DNA from: an uncultured delta proteobacterium
GTDB taxonomy: Bacteria > Myxococcota_A > Polyangia > Fen-1088
NCBI GenBank assembly: GCA_963796685.1
Contig: CAWCMR010000005.1
Span: 128,001 to 192,000, forward strand
Reading direction: 5' to 3'
DNA: 64,000 nt
The notes beneath the pieces were generated by a model. That model saw only the letters and a list, made by a program, of their open reading frames with translations, had not been told where the DNA came from and did not search any database. Position 1 is the first letter of the stretch; every line of letters starts with the position of its first letter. Below are positions 43,372 to 54,166 of this stretch, in pieces. The position numbers and the translations under genes are program-made.

Positions 43372-45078
43372 TCACTCGTCTTCGTCCTCGTCCGGCATCG
43401 ACTCCTGGCCGCTCTTTCCCCCGAACGCCAACTGCCCGGAGAGCGTGCTCTCGAAGACCGCGCCCCAAGACGGCAACCCGCTCAGGGCCCGCCCGTTCCA
43501 TGCGATGGCGAAATGACGTGAGAGATTCCACGTGATGCCGACGCTGGCGCCGAAGAGAACCACGCCGACCGGCCTGGTGTCGGTCTTCTCGATGCTCTTG
43601 TCCCAGTTCACGTCAGTCATGTCGGTATTGCTGTTGTAGCTCACGCTGGCCGACGGCTTGACCGGGAAGCGGATGAAACCACCCCCGAGATCACCCGAGT
43701 ACGAGAACCTCAGATTGCCATTGTCGGAGAGATCGAGGTACCCGATGGCACGCGCGAACAGCGCCGGCGCCAACGTGCTGGGGGCGCCTGAAGGCCCGCC
43801 GGTAAGCAGGGTCTGCGCGCCGGTGGCCGGATCCATATACGAGGCTTGCTCCTGCTTGATGAATTCGATCCTGCCCTGCAGCGCAAGCCCGAAGTTGTCG
43901 GACAACATGGTACCGATTTCGGGGGCCAAATGAAAAGAACCCGTGGTCGTCGTCACGGCACTGATCCGTACCCTGTTCTCCCATTCCAGACTCCCCGCCG
44001 GCACGTAACCCCAGCCCAACCCGGCCCCCATGCCCAGCCAGAACGAGCCTGCGCGCCGACGGTGCAGACCGGCCTCGTATTTCTCGGATCTTGCTTGCTC
44101 CCTGGCGCGTCTCAACGGATCCTCTTCGGTGCCACCTCCTCCGATGGAGCTGCGCTCGCGAACCGCGATGACGGACGGGCTGCTGAACTGGCCGATGCGG
44201 GCCACCTGCTTGTCCGAATCGTCGCGGGCGTCGAAGTACACGTGCAAGCTGCCTTCTTGCATCACCTCCCGCGGCAGAGTCACGATGTACCAGCCCGCTG
44301 GGGTTCGCCCCATGCTTTGCGCCTGGAACTGCTCGAAGCCCCGAGGCCGGTAGTGAATCTGCACCACGCTGGCCTCGAGCCCAGGCCTCAGCGCACAGCG
44401 AATGGTCAGCGCCCTGTCTGGCAATGCAACGGTTGGGAGCGTGCACATGAGCGGCGCCGACATGCTCGACGGCAGCGCCGGCTCGCCATCGCCGCTGCCC
44501 ACTGCAACCTGGGAGCTGTGGGTCGGCTCGGGCTCGCGTTCGACCTCCCCAGGGGCGGCCTGGGAGCTTCTGGCCGGTCCTCGAGTGGCCGGCTGGGGCG
44601 TGGCGGGCTCGACGGGCAATTGAGTCTCGACTTTGTTGGGCGCCGAGTCGAACACGGCTTTCAGGTCGGCGGTCTCGATCAACGGCGTGAGCTGAATATC
44701 GGGCCTGATCTGCTTCGACATGGAGAAATTCTGAATGGCCGCATCACGATCGTGGAAGCCGACCCACTCGACGGCGCCCAGGTGCAAATAGGTGCGGGCG
44801 GTCATGTTGTTGTTCTGCAGCCCCGCAGCCTCGGCAATATCCAGTGCCTCATTCAGCGATTCCTTGGCGTCTTCCCAGTTCTTGGCCTGGTAGAAGAACA
44901 ATGCCTGCTTGTTGAGCTCGACCATTTTCTCGCGTGACTTCTTCTGGTCGGAAGCCTCGGCGCTGCCAAGCGAAACCGCCACCACCGAGGCGCAAGTCAC
45001 CAGCACGCGTACAAAAGACCGAGCCACGGAATGTCTTGCGGCCGGCGACCTGACTCCTCGTCTGTTCATGGTGTCCAC
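43372..45078 (-). CDS. Exported hypothetical protein: TPR, Ig-like region and predicted C-terminal beta-barrel
   Basis: Signal ending SAEA, TPR ARTYLHLGAV, and alternating hydrophobic strands in the C-terminal third. Confidence 0.72.
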   Translation of the reverse strand: MDTMNRRGVRSPAARHSVARSFVRVLVTCASVVAVSLGSAEASDQKKSREKMVELNKQALFFYQAKNWEDAKESLNEALDIAEAAGLQNNNMTARTYLHLGAVEWVGFHDRDAAIQNFSMSKQIRPDIQLTPLIETADLKAVFDSAPNKVETQLPVEPATPQPATRGPARSSQAAPGEVEREPEPTHSSQVAVGSGDGEPALPSSMSAPLMCTLPTVALPDRALTIRCALRPGLEASVVQIHYRPRGFEQFQAQSMGRTPAGWYIVTLPREVMQEGSLHVYFDARDDSDKQVARIGQFSSPSVIAVRERSSIGGGGTEEDPLRRAREQARSEKYEAGLHRRRAGSFWLGMGAGLGWGYVPAGSLEWENRVRISAVTTTTGSFHLAPEIGTMLSDNFGLALQGRIEFIKQEQASYMDPATGAQTLLTGGPSGAPSTLAPALFARAIGYLDLSDNGNLRFSYSGDLGGGFIRFPVKPSASVSYNSNTDMTDVNWDKSIEKTDTRPVGVVLFGASVGITWNLSRHFAIAWNGRALSGLPSWGAVFESTLSGQLAFGGKSGQESMPDEDEDE

Positions 45079-45154
45079 TCCTGGTTATCGTCGCCTGTTT
45101 TTCCGAAAGCAAGCATCATCCAAAGCTCGCCCCCTGACTTCCTGATTGGCTGGC

Positions 45155-45170
45155 TGCAATGCGTGTTCCG
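45155..45170 (-). promoter_or_regulatory. Putative sigma-54 (-24/-12) promoter
   Basis: Minus strand CGGAACACGCATTGCA has GG-N10-GC spacing, about 80 nt upstream of the 45078 start. Confidence 0.4.
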
Positions 45171-45265
45171 GCCAAGTAATTTGACCGTGCATGGCGTTGC
45201 GCCCAGATTCCCCGGCTCCCATTGCGTGGCATTTCGTCTCACGTGGCAAGGTGCCACGCTGTGGT

Positions 45266-47158
45266 TCAAGTGGCCCTGGCGACGTCGCGCGACGGAGCTG
45301 CCTGCGGGCATGCCCGCCAGCCGCTGGCTTCCAGCCGGGCGCGGGCCTCGGCTATCCGCTCCGTGGCCATGGCCACCCACACCTCGTCGCGAGAATGTGG
45401 TGTCCAGCGATCGTCCACGACGAATCGCCTGCGGGACCGGTCGACCAGGAGGGGCAAGAGGAGCGGTGAACCATTCGACTCCCCTCCGTCGCGAATATCG
45501 CGCATCGTCTTGTCTCTCTTGCGTTGCCGGAGCTGCCAACGCTCGACCGTCAGCAGCCCGCGCTCGCACAACCCTATCCAGCTGCGCAGATCCCAGGGCG
45601 CGCCGAAGAGCATGCGAGCGCCCGCCTCGCCCACGGCATCGGTGCTGAGCCCGGCCCGTCTGCAGTCCACGCCCACGTAGGCACGCCGAACGCGGAAGTC
45701 CTCTATTGCCTTGCGCGCGCAGACCAGATTGATGCCCTCGTTGCTGGTCACGGCGATGATGACCTTGGCGCCGTCGATGCCGGCCCGGCGCAAGGTGCGT
45801 TCTTCGACCGCGTTCCCCAACACGACTCGCAGTCCGGCTTCCTCGGCTGCGCGGCACATATCCGGATCGATATCAATCAGCGTGGCCTTGTTGCCGGCCT
45901 CGCCAAGCAAACGAGCAAGCAATCTTCCAAGAGCGTTCGCTCCCACGACCAAGGACGCGGGACGGGCGCTCTGGCGCACGCGCAACAGCCGGGCGACAAG
46001 TCCGGCGGGCAGTCCTTGGACGACCACGGTCGAGACGATGACCAGGAACACCATGGCGCGCAAGCCCGGTCCGCCAGGCATTCCGGCTTCGTCCAGGGTC
46101 TGGGCAAAGAGCGCCGCAATCGCCGCTGCCACGATCCCGCGCGGCGCCAGCCAGGCCAGGAACATCTTCTCGCGCCAGCCGAGTCCGGTGCCGCGCGAGC
46201 AAAGCCAGATCGAGAGGGGACGAACCACCAGCATCAGCGCCGCCACCACCGCCACACCGCCCCATCCCAAAGAGCGCAAATCGGACACCCTCAGGTTGGC
46301 CGAAAGCAGGATGAACAGCATGCCGATGAACATGGCGGTCAGCTGTTCCTTGAATTCGAGCAATTCGCGCAAGACCCGGGTGCGCACGTTCCCCACCAAC
46401 AAGCCCGCGACGATGGCGGCCACGAGCCCGCTCTCGGACATGAGCGCGTTGCTGACCTGAAACGTCGCCACTGCCATGGCAAGCGCGAAGACATTCCCCA
46501 AGCGCTCGGGAACGATGCGGTCGACGCGCAGAAGGAAGGCAATGACCGCGCCACCGACCAATCCCACGGCAAGGCCAACGCCCATGCGCAGGGGCAGGCC
46601 CGCGAGCCCCAGAGCGATGGAATGCCTGGTCGGATGGAGGACGACTTCGAGGGTGACGACAGCGACGATGGCCCCCACCGCATCGATGATCACGCCTTCC
46701 GCTTCGAGCACGGTTTGCAACACCGGGAGCACGTGAATCCGGCGCAGAAGCGGCGTGACCACGGTCGGCCCGGTCACCATCACCAGCGTGCCGAAGAGCA
46801 ACGACGTGGGAATATCCCAGCGCAGGAACAGCAAAGCGGCCGACGCCCCACCCACCGCGGTGATGAGGCCTCCCCAGGTCACGAGGCGACGGATGATCAC
46901 TTGCTCTCGTCGCACGCGAGAGAGCTTCAGATTCATTCCCCCCTCGAAGAGAATGACCGCGACCGCGAAGCCCACCAAGGTCAGCAGACCCGTGTCCAGC
47001 GAGGCCGGCCTGACCACGTCGGCGAATTCGGGTCCAAGGAGAAAGCCGGTTCCGAGCAAGAGCACGATGCCCGGGATACGCAAGTGGAAGGCCACCGCCT
47101 GGACGATGACGCCAGAGGCAAGGGCGATGGCTATGGTCAGAGCCGGCGTGTGCTGCAC
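45266..47158 (-). CDS. CPA1 cation/H+ antiporter with TrkA-N (RCK) domain
   Basis: About 12 TM helices, ILFEGG, TGPTVV, EGVIID, APRGIVAAA; C-terminal VVGANALGR. Confidence 0.92.
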   Translation of the reverse strand: MQHTPALTIAIALASGVIVQAVAFHLRIPGIVLLLGTGFLLGPEFADVVRPASLDTGLLTLVGFAVAVILFEGGMNLKLSRVRREQVIIRRLVTWGGLITAVGGASAALLFLRWDIPTSLLFGTLVMVTGPTVVTPLLRRIHVLPVLQTVLEAEGVIIDAVGAIVAVVTLEVVLHPTRHSIALGLAGLPLRMGVGLAVGLVGGAVIAFLLRVDRIVPERLGNVFALAMAVATFQVSNALMSESGLVAAIVAGLLVGNVRTRVLRELLEFKEQLTAMFIGMLFILLSANLRVSDLRSLGWGGVAVVAALMLVVRPLSIWLCSRGTGLGWREKMFLAWLAPRGIVAAAIAALFAQTLDEAGMPGGPGLRAMVFLVIVSTVVVQGLPAGLVARLLRVRQSARPASLVVGANALGRLLARLLGEAGNKATLIDIDPDMCRAAEEAGLRVVLGNAVEERTLRRAGIDGAKVIIAVTSNEGINLVCARKAIEDFRVRRAYVGVDCRRAGLSTDAVGEAGARMLFGAPWDLRSWIGLCERGLLTVERWQLRQRKRDKTMRDIRDGGESNGSPLLLPLLVDRSRRRFVVDDRWTPHSRDEVWVAMATERIAEARARLEASGWRACPQAAPSRDVARAT

Positions 47159-47325
47159 GGGGAATGTTTCACTTCTAGCCGATGTCGACGGTCGGAGCTT
47201 CTGTTCGAGGCTATATCAATTCCTGATCCCGCGCCAAGGCGCGAGATCAGGGGCTAGCCGTCGGTTAGCCGGCCGTGGTGCTTGGCCTTTGGTGCGACAA
47301 ATTCGTCACCCGTTGGGTGAAGACG

Positions 47326-47558
47326 GTGGCCGTGGCCGTGGCCGTGAAACTTCTCCGCTGTGATGCCGAAACTCAGGACCTCGACTTCGATGCAACCGAT
47401 GCAACCGACGAGGATGGGTCAGCAACAACTTCACCCTGGATAGGGCTGCCCTCATAAGGCGGCACCAGCCGCCGGCCGCTGGCTGATTTCCAATGGCTCG
47501 AGCGTCCAAGATGTCCGGCCACGGCCATGGCCACGGCGACGTCTACGGCCACGACCAC
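47326..47558. repeat. Inverted hexamer arrays (GTGGCC)n ... (GGCCAC)n around a ~170-bp spacer
   Basis: GTGGCC x3.5 at 47326-47346 and GGCCAC-like x7 at 47517-47558. Confidence 0.7.
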
Positions 47559-47772
47559 CTTTCGTCGACCTGCCAGGCGAGAGGCTTGGCCTTGGAATGG
47601 GACCTTTAGCCCGGCGCTCGCGAGGTCGCTGAGCTTGTCGCGGAATTACGGGTTTGCCGCCATGGTGGAAATGCGAGCCGTTTTCACCTACATTCTGAGC
47701 GTCGCACCGTAGTATCGCATCGCTTCCCAGCAGCACCGGCGAAAGCGCTGGCGAATGATCGAAGGAGATCCC

Positions 47773-50700
47773 ATGCACCCATTGCCTGAAATCCTGCTCG
47801 AACGCCTCAAGAATCGTCAGGCGGTTCTGGTGACGGGCTTTGGCTGCTCCTCGCTGGCCGGACTTCCCGCCTGGAGCACGCTTTGCGAGCGCTGGGCCGA
47901 TTGGATCCCCGACGAGGCGAACAAGCAGGCGGTGCTCGATCTGCTGCGCGCGGGCCAGCTGGATGCGGCCTCGGCGCTGTGCCGTGACCTGGTTCCCGAG
48001 GAGGCAACCCTCGAGGTCCTGCGCGACGCCTACCCCGTGGCCACGCCGGTGCCGCCGATCCTGCAGGCCATGGCCAGGGCCCCATGGCGCGGCATCATCA
48101 CCACCGCGCAGGACGCCCTGTGGACCTCCGCGCTGGCCGACGTCGCCGAGTCGGCGGGGCGCATGGTCTTCGCCGCCAATGCGTCCACTCTGGAAAAGGG
48201 GCGCGGACGATTCCTGATTCAGATTTTCGGGCGCTCGGACGTGCCGGCATCGCTGTGCCTGGCGCCTTTCGAAATCGCGACCAAGATCGTCGCCACGGGC
48301 GCGGCCAGCTACCTCGAAGGCCTACACAAGAAATGGTCCTTCGTGTTCGTGGGGTTCGGTCCCGGCGACCCCGACCTGGCCATGCTCGCCGGACGGCTCC
48401 TTGGCGCAAGCCCATCCACGCTGGAACATTTCTTCGTGGCGCCAGGGCTGTCGCCCCTCGACGCCTGCCGGGTCAAGGCGGGGCTCGGCCTCGTGCCGGT
48501 CTCCGTCGAAGGCAGCCTGGAGGATGCGTGCACGGCCCTGACCCAGGGCTGCGAGCTTGCCGGCGACAAGCCTGCCGTGGACGAGGTCGAGGCCTGGCTC
48601 GACCGGCTGACCGCCGATCCCGAGGACAGCGAGGCCCAGGACATGCTGGATCGCGGTCTCGCCAAGCTGTGCGAGAACAAGGAGTGGGAGCGCGTCGTGG
48701 GCGCCCTGGTCGGCCGGGTCGAGCTCGAACCCGACGTCAGCCAGCAAGCCGCCGATCTGTACGAGGCAGGCATGGTGCTGGACAAGGAGCTGTCCGCCGC
48801 CGATCGGGCCTATCCCGTGCTGATGATGGCGTTGCGCCTGACCCCGAAGAACACCAGCCTGCTCGCCGACACCAAGCGCGTGGCCGAAAAGGCCGGGCAA
48901 TCGGACGAGTTCTTGAAAGAGCTGCGCGAGCTCGAGCGCGAGTCTGCGGAAGCCGACGAATCGAAGCCCATGGCTCTCGGCGTGGGTCGCCTGCTGGCCG
49001 AGGATCCCGCCCAGCGCGACGAGGCCATCACGTCCTTCCAGAAGGTCCTGGATCGCGATCCGCGCAACCCGGAGGCCCTCGACACCTTGGACGCCCTGCT
49101 GCGCGCGGCCGAGCGCTGGGACGACCTGTGCAAGCTCTACGAAAAGGCCGTCGAGCACGATGCCGCGAACACCGTGGCGGTCGGCAAGTTGGTCGAGATG
49201 TACGAGCGCACCGGGCAGACGCCGCAGCTCGTCGAGCTCTTGCAGGCGCGTCTGGCGCGCGATCCCGACGACGACAGCGCCTACGGCAAGCTCGAAGCCC
49301 TGTACCAGCAAGGTCAGCGCTGGCAGCCGCTCGGCGCCCTGTACGAGCGCATGCTCGGCAAGACCCCGGACAACGCCGACGTCCAAAACAAGCTCGAAGC
49401 CCTGTACCAAAAGACCCAGCAGTGGCAGCCGCTCGGCGCCCTGTACGAACGCATGGTCGGCAAGAGCCCCGAAGATACGGACATCCTCGACAAGGTCGAG
49501 AGCCTCTACCGGCGCAGCGAGCAGTGGCGACCGCTGGCGGATCTGCTCGAACGCCGGGCGACCAAGAAGGATTCGGCCGACGCACGAGCGACCCGCCTCG
49601 AGCGCGCCTCGATCCTCATCGACAAGGTCAAGGACATGGAGGCCGCGCTGGCCGTGGCGCGCGCGTTCCTCCCCGCCGATCCCGCGGCCGCCGAGGAGAT
49701 CTTCGCCAAGTGCGTGGAGCGGGATCCCAGCAATCCGGCCGCACTCGCGGCCCTGGCCGATCTGGCACGCGACCGCGGCGACTACCTGCGCGCGGCCAAG
49801 TTCCTCCTCGACGCCGCCGAGCGCGTGCAGAATCCCATGGAGCTTGGTCGCCTCTACGCCGAGGCCGGCACCATCCACCTCGAGCACCTGGAGGACGAGG
49901 CCAAGGCCGTCGAACACTTCGAACGCGCGCTGGCCGCGGATCCGGAGCAAGAGATCGCCGCGCAACGATTGCTCGCCTTACGCGAGAAGCACGAGGATTG
50001 GCCCGGAGCCGAGCCTCTGCTCGACCTGCTCGTGCGCAAGACCGACGACGGCGACAAGACCGCCAAGTTGGACCTCTTCGCGCGCCAGGCCCACGTGGCG
50101 CGCAAGCTCGGCAAGCCCGACAAGGCGGCCGCGGCGCTCGCGGCGGCGACCAAGCTGGACAGCGAATCCCCTGCGCTGGCGCGCGAGCTCGGCGACTTGC
50201 ACGTCGAGCGCGAAGCCTGGGCCGAGGCGCGCGTGGAATTCGAGCGCGCCCGCACCCTGCTCGGGGACGAGGCGCCTCCCGCCGTGCGCGCCGCGCTTTG
50301 CGAGAAACTGGCCACGTGCGCCGTCCGGTCCGACGACCTCGAGGCCGCCCTGCGCTTTTTCGAGGAGGCGCTGGCCCTCGAGCCCGAAAAGCGCAGCGCC
50401 TTGGAGACGGTCATCGAGCTGCGCACCTCCCGCGGCGACTGGACAGAGCTCTTGGCCCTCAAACGCCGGCTGCTACCCCTGCTCGGCACCGATGACGACA
50501 CGGTGAAGATCCTGGAAGAGATCGGCGATATCCAGCAGGAGAGATTCGGCGACTGGACCGGCGCCATGGAGTCCTACCTCCAGGCGCTTGGGGTGCAGCC
50601 CGAACGGCGCTCGATCCTTTACAAGACGCTGGACTACTACACGCTGGAAAAGCAGTGGCCCCTGGCCATCGCGACGCTCGAGAAGCTGGCCAACCTGGAA

Positions 50701-52206
50701 GAGGACCGGCCGGCACGCGCCAAGCTCAACTACGCCGCGGCGGCCATCTACCGCGACGAGGTGAAGGACCACGCCAAGGCCGTCGAGCAATTCGGCAAGG
50801 TTCTCGACGACCATCCTCTTTACCCCAAGGCCTTCGAAGCCATCGAGAAGTTGCTCGGCGAAGCCAAGGAGCTCAAGGAGCTGGAGCGCGCCTACCGCAA
50901 GCAGATCAAGCGCCTGCCGCAAGACGCGCCCGCGGAGATGAAGCTGCGCCTGTGGGACGCCCTGGCCGACGTCGCGCTCAAGCAGCACGACAAGGAAAGC
51001 GCGGCCCTGACCATGGAGGTCGCGGTCTCCTTCGATCGCGACAACTTCGCCCGGCAAGAGCGGCTGGCCAAGATGTACTTCAACATGGGCCCTTCGGCGG
51101 CGGACAAGGCCATCGCGCAACACCAATACCTGCTCAGCAAGAAGCCCGATCGGTTGGAGTCGTACAAGGCCCTCGCCGCGCTGTTCTTCCAGGCCGGCGC
51201 CCACGACAAGATGTGGTGCGTGGCCGGCGCCATGACCTGTCTCGGCACGGCCGATCCGCCGCTGCGCGCGCTGTACGAGAATTTCCGTCCCTCGCAGGCA
51301 CCCAGCACCGCGGGTAAGCTCAACGAGGAGCTGTGGCGCAAGATCCTGCACCCGAGCGAAAACAATTACCTCGGCTCGCTCTTCGCCCTGCTCTCGCCGG
51401 CCATTGCCATGACCACCGCGCAGCCCCACAAGGTGATGGGGCTGGATCGCCACGCGCGCGTGGATGTGGCAGGCAACAACTGGTCGTACGCCGCGGCCCT
51501 GCGCTACGTGGCCAATACCATCGAGGCGGCACTGCCGGATGTGTTCATCAAGCGGGATGTTCCCGGCACGGTCAACCTGGTCAACCTGAAGGAAAAGAAC
51601 GCGCTCGCGCCGGCCCTGGTGATCGGCATCGGATTCGATCAACTGACGTCGCAAAGCCAGGTCATCTTCGACCTGGCCAAGCGCATGGTGCTGTTGCGAC
51701 CCGAGCGCTTTCCGCGCTTTGCTCTCGGCACCATGTCCGCCCTCGACATCGCCGTGCGCGCGGGTCTGCAGCTCGGAGGCTCGCCCATCGGCCCCGGCGA
51801 TCACGGGGACGCAGTGGACAAGATGGCCAAGCAACTCGATGGGCTGCTGGCCGCACCCCTCGAAACCGAGCTCAAGGGGCTGGCCAAGCGCTACGTCGAG
51901 GCTTGCGGGGACAAGGTCGACCTTGCCGCGTGGATCGTGGCCTCGGATCTGACCGCCTCGCGCGCGGCCTTGGTCCTTTGTGGCGACATCGTCGCCGCCG
52001 CCCAGGTGCTGGCCATCGAGCCCTCGGGGCAGAGCCCGCTCACGGTGCAGGATCGAATCAAGGACCTGCTGGCCTTCTTCGTCAGCGAGGACCACTTCGC
52101 CGTGCGCGCGGCCCTCGGCATGCAAGTCAATCTGACGCCGCCGAGCGATCCCTCGGCAGCGCAGCCGAAGCGGCGCGCGAGCCACATGCAGATCAAGACC
52201 CCGTGA
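47773..52206 (+). CDS. SIR2-like domain fused to a long TPR array (SIR2 motifs degenerate)
   Basis: GAAGGAG RBS. N-terminal VLVTGFGCS..AGLPAW, IITTAQD and SFVFVGFGPGDPD, then a long TPR array and a C-terminal domain shared with the 1427..9365 protein. Confidence 0.85.
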   Translation: MHPLPEILLERLKNRQAVLVTGFGCSSLAGLPAWSTLCERWADWIPDEANKQAVLDLLRAGQLDAASALCRDLVPEEATLEVLRDAYPVATPVPPILQAMARAPWRGIITTAQDALWTSALADVAESAGRMVFAANASTLEKGRGRFLIQIFGRSDVPASLCLAPFEIATKIVATGAASYLEGLHKKWSFVFVGFGPGDPDLAMLAGRLLGASPSTLEHFFVAPGLSPLDACRVKAGLGLVPVSVEGSLEDACTALTQGCELAGDKPAVDEVEAWLDRLTADPEDSEAQDMLDRGLAKLCENKEWERVVGALVGRVELEPDVSQQAADLYEAGMVLDKELSAADRAYPVLMMALRLTPKNTSLLADTKRVAEKAGQSDEFLKELRELERESAEADESKPMALGVGRLLAEDPAQRDEAITSFQKVLDRDPRNPEALDTLDALLRAAERWDDLCKLYEKAVEHDAANTVAVGKLVEMYERTGQTPQLVELLQARLARDPDDDSAYGKLEALYQQGQRWQPLGALYERMLGKTPDNADVQNKLEALYQKTQQWQPLGALYERMVGKSPEDTDILDKVESLYRRSEQWRPLADLLERRATKKDSADARATRLERASILIDKVKDMEAALAVARAFLPADPAAAEEIFAKCVERDPSNPAALAALADLARDRGDYLRAAKFLLDAAERVQNPMELGRLYAEAGTIHLEHLEDEAKAVEHFERALAADPEQEIAAQRLLALREKHEDWPGAEPLLDLLVRKTDDGDKTAKLDLFARQAHVARKLGKPDKAAAALAAATKLDSESPALARELGDLHVEREAWAEARVEFERARTLLGDEAPPAVRAALCEKLATCAVRSDDLEAALRFFEEALALEPEKRSALETVIELRTSRGDWTELLALKRRLLPLLGTDDDTVKILEEIGDIQQERFGDWTGAMESYLQALGVQPERRSILYKTLDYYTLEKQWPLAIATLEKLANLEEDRPARAKLNYAAAAIYRDEVKDHAKAVEQFGKVLDDHPLYPKAFEAIEKLLGEAKELKELERAYRKQIKRLPQDAPAEMKLRLWDALADVALKQHDKESAALTMEVAVSFDRDNFARQERLAKMYFNMGPSAADKAIAQHQYLLSKKPDRLESYKALAALFFQAGAHDKMWCVAGAMTCLGTADPPLRALYENFRPSQAPSTAGKLNEELWRKILHPSENNYLGSLFALLSPAIAMTTAQPHKVMGLDRHARVDVAGNNWSYAAALRYVANTIEAALPDVFIKRDVPGTVNLVNLKEKNALAPALVIGIGFDQLTSQSQVIFDLAKRMVLLRPERFPRFALGTMSALDIAVRAGLQLGGSPIGPGDHGDAVDKMAKQLDGLLAAPLETELKGLAKRYVEACGDKVDLAAWIVASDLTASRAALVLCGDIVAAAQVLAIEPSGQSPLTVQDRIKDLLAFFVSEDHFAVRAALGMQVNLTPPSDPSAAQPKRRASHMQIKTP
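49288..49593 (+). repeat. 102-bp (34-aa TPR) tandem duplication, 3 copies
   Basis: AAGCTCGAAGCCCTGTACCA...TGGCAGCCGCTCGGCGCCCTGTACGA at 49288 and 49390, with a diverged third copy at 49492. Confidence 0.88.
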
Positions 52207-52408
52207 CGCCGATACCGGCAAGTCGGACCCTCATCTGCCCATTGTAATGGGCGGGGCGCGCAAGGAATCGCCACGAAGTACACGGCGTTTCTAGCGTGTA
52301 TCGACGATGGAAAAGCGTCGAAAACTCTCACCAACCCCCATTGCAGTCGACGTCGCAACTTGCTTCTCTACGCATACACGTCGTTTTCTTTCAGAGAGGA
52401 GAAGCTCA

Positions 52409-53683
52409 ATGCGATTGTTGTCCACGGTATTTGCGCTTTGCACAGTCTTCCCCATGGTGGCGAATGCTCAAACCCCAGCCGAGGCCGCTCCGGCACCGGC
52501 GGCTGCACCCGCAACTGAACCCATGCCGGCGCCCGCACCCGCCGTGGCGGCGCCAGTCGCCACACCCATGGTGGCCGCGCCTGCCGCCGCACCCGCCCCG
52601 GCCACCCCTGCGCCACCGCCCATCGTCTTCGGCTGGGAGGCGCTTGTCGACGCGTACTACATGTACAACTTCACGGGCGATCCGAAGACGCAAGGACCTG
52701 TCGGCCGTCAATTCGACACCATGGCCAATAGCTTCACGCTCAACTACGCCAAGCTGGGGGTTCACGCAGACACCGATTGGGTGACCCTGCGTATGGATCT
52801 CGGAGCAGGGCATACCGCGGCCATCATCAACGCGGCCAACTCGGGGCTCGCTGCGACGGCTACGCCGGGAGTGAGTGCGGAAGGAACTGCCCTCTATGGC
52901 AACAGCTTTCTGGTTCAGCAAGCCTATGCCGAGGTGAAACCCGAGTCTCACATCTCCATCGATGCCGGTAGATTCGTGACTTCCGCCAGCGCCGAGGTCA
53001 TCGAGTCCAACAAGAACTGGCTCTACAGCCGCTCACTGCTATTTGCCGGCGTTCCCCTGCTGCACACAGGGCTTCGTGTCAATGGCGCCCTTCTTGGGAC
53101 GATCGCCGCACCCGAGCTGGTGCTGTCGCTCCAGCTCGTCAACGGTTGGAACAACGACCCGGACAACAACTCGGACAAGACCTTTGGTCTCAATTTGACC
53201 TACACGCCCCTCAATCAGGGTCTGACCGCGGCCGCGACGACCTACATCGGCAAGGAAGGCGTAGCGACCGACGGTGCGACCCCCACTACCGCCACACGCG
53301 TGCTGGTCGATGCCGTGATCACAAAGGACATCGGTAATCTCTCCGTCGGGGGCAACCTGGACTACCTCAAGAGCGATACCTCGTACTGGTTCGGCATCGC
53401 CGGCATGGGTCGATACACCATCAACGATTCGTTCACCGTGGCCGCGCGGGCCGAGTACATCTACAGCAAGAACGGCGGCTACGCAGGTGTGATGCCCACG
53501 GACAAGGTTTCGTTCTACGAATTCACCGGCATGGGTGCGTGGACGGTCAACAAGCACTACGAGCTACGCGCGGAAGTTCGCAGCGACATGTCGAACAAGG
53601 ACGTATTCCTCAAGGGCACCGCCCCCGCCCCCAACCGCAAGAACCAGGTTACCGGCCTCCTTGCGGCCCTCGCCTACTTCTAG
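52409..53683 (+). CDS. Outer-membrane beta-barrel porin (BBP2/DUF1597-like)
   Basis: GAGGAG RBS, signal ending VANA, VDAYYMYNF, QQAY, NWLYSRS, NGWN..DNNSDK, terminal Phe. Confidence 0.85.
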   Translation: MRLLSTVFALCTVFPMVANAQTPAEAAPAPAAAPATEPMPAPAPAVAAPVATPMVAAPAAAPAPATPAPPPIVFGWEALVDAYYMYNFTGDPKTQGPVGRQFDTMANSFTLNYAKLGVHADTDWVTLRMDLGAGHTAAIINAANSGLAATATPGVSAEGTALYGNSFLVQQAYAEVKPESHISIDAGRFVTSASAEVIESNKNWLYSRSLLFAGVPLLHTGLRVNGALLGTIAAPELVLSLQLVNGWNNDPDNNSDKTFGLNLTYTPLNQGLTAAATTYIGKEGVATDGATPTTATRVLVDAVITKDIGNLSVGGNLDYLKSDTSYWFGIAGMGRYTINDSFTVAARAEYIYSKNGGYAGVMPTDKVSFYEFTGMGAWTVNKHYELRAEVRSDMSNKDVFLKGTAPAPNRKNQVTGLLAALAYF

Positions 53684-54091
<408 letters not shown>

Positions 54092-54166
54092 CAGGCACCG
54101 GAACGACCCATGCCTGGCCAAAATCAACTGGTCGAGAATCAAGTACCAGGAACGTCGGAACGAGCC

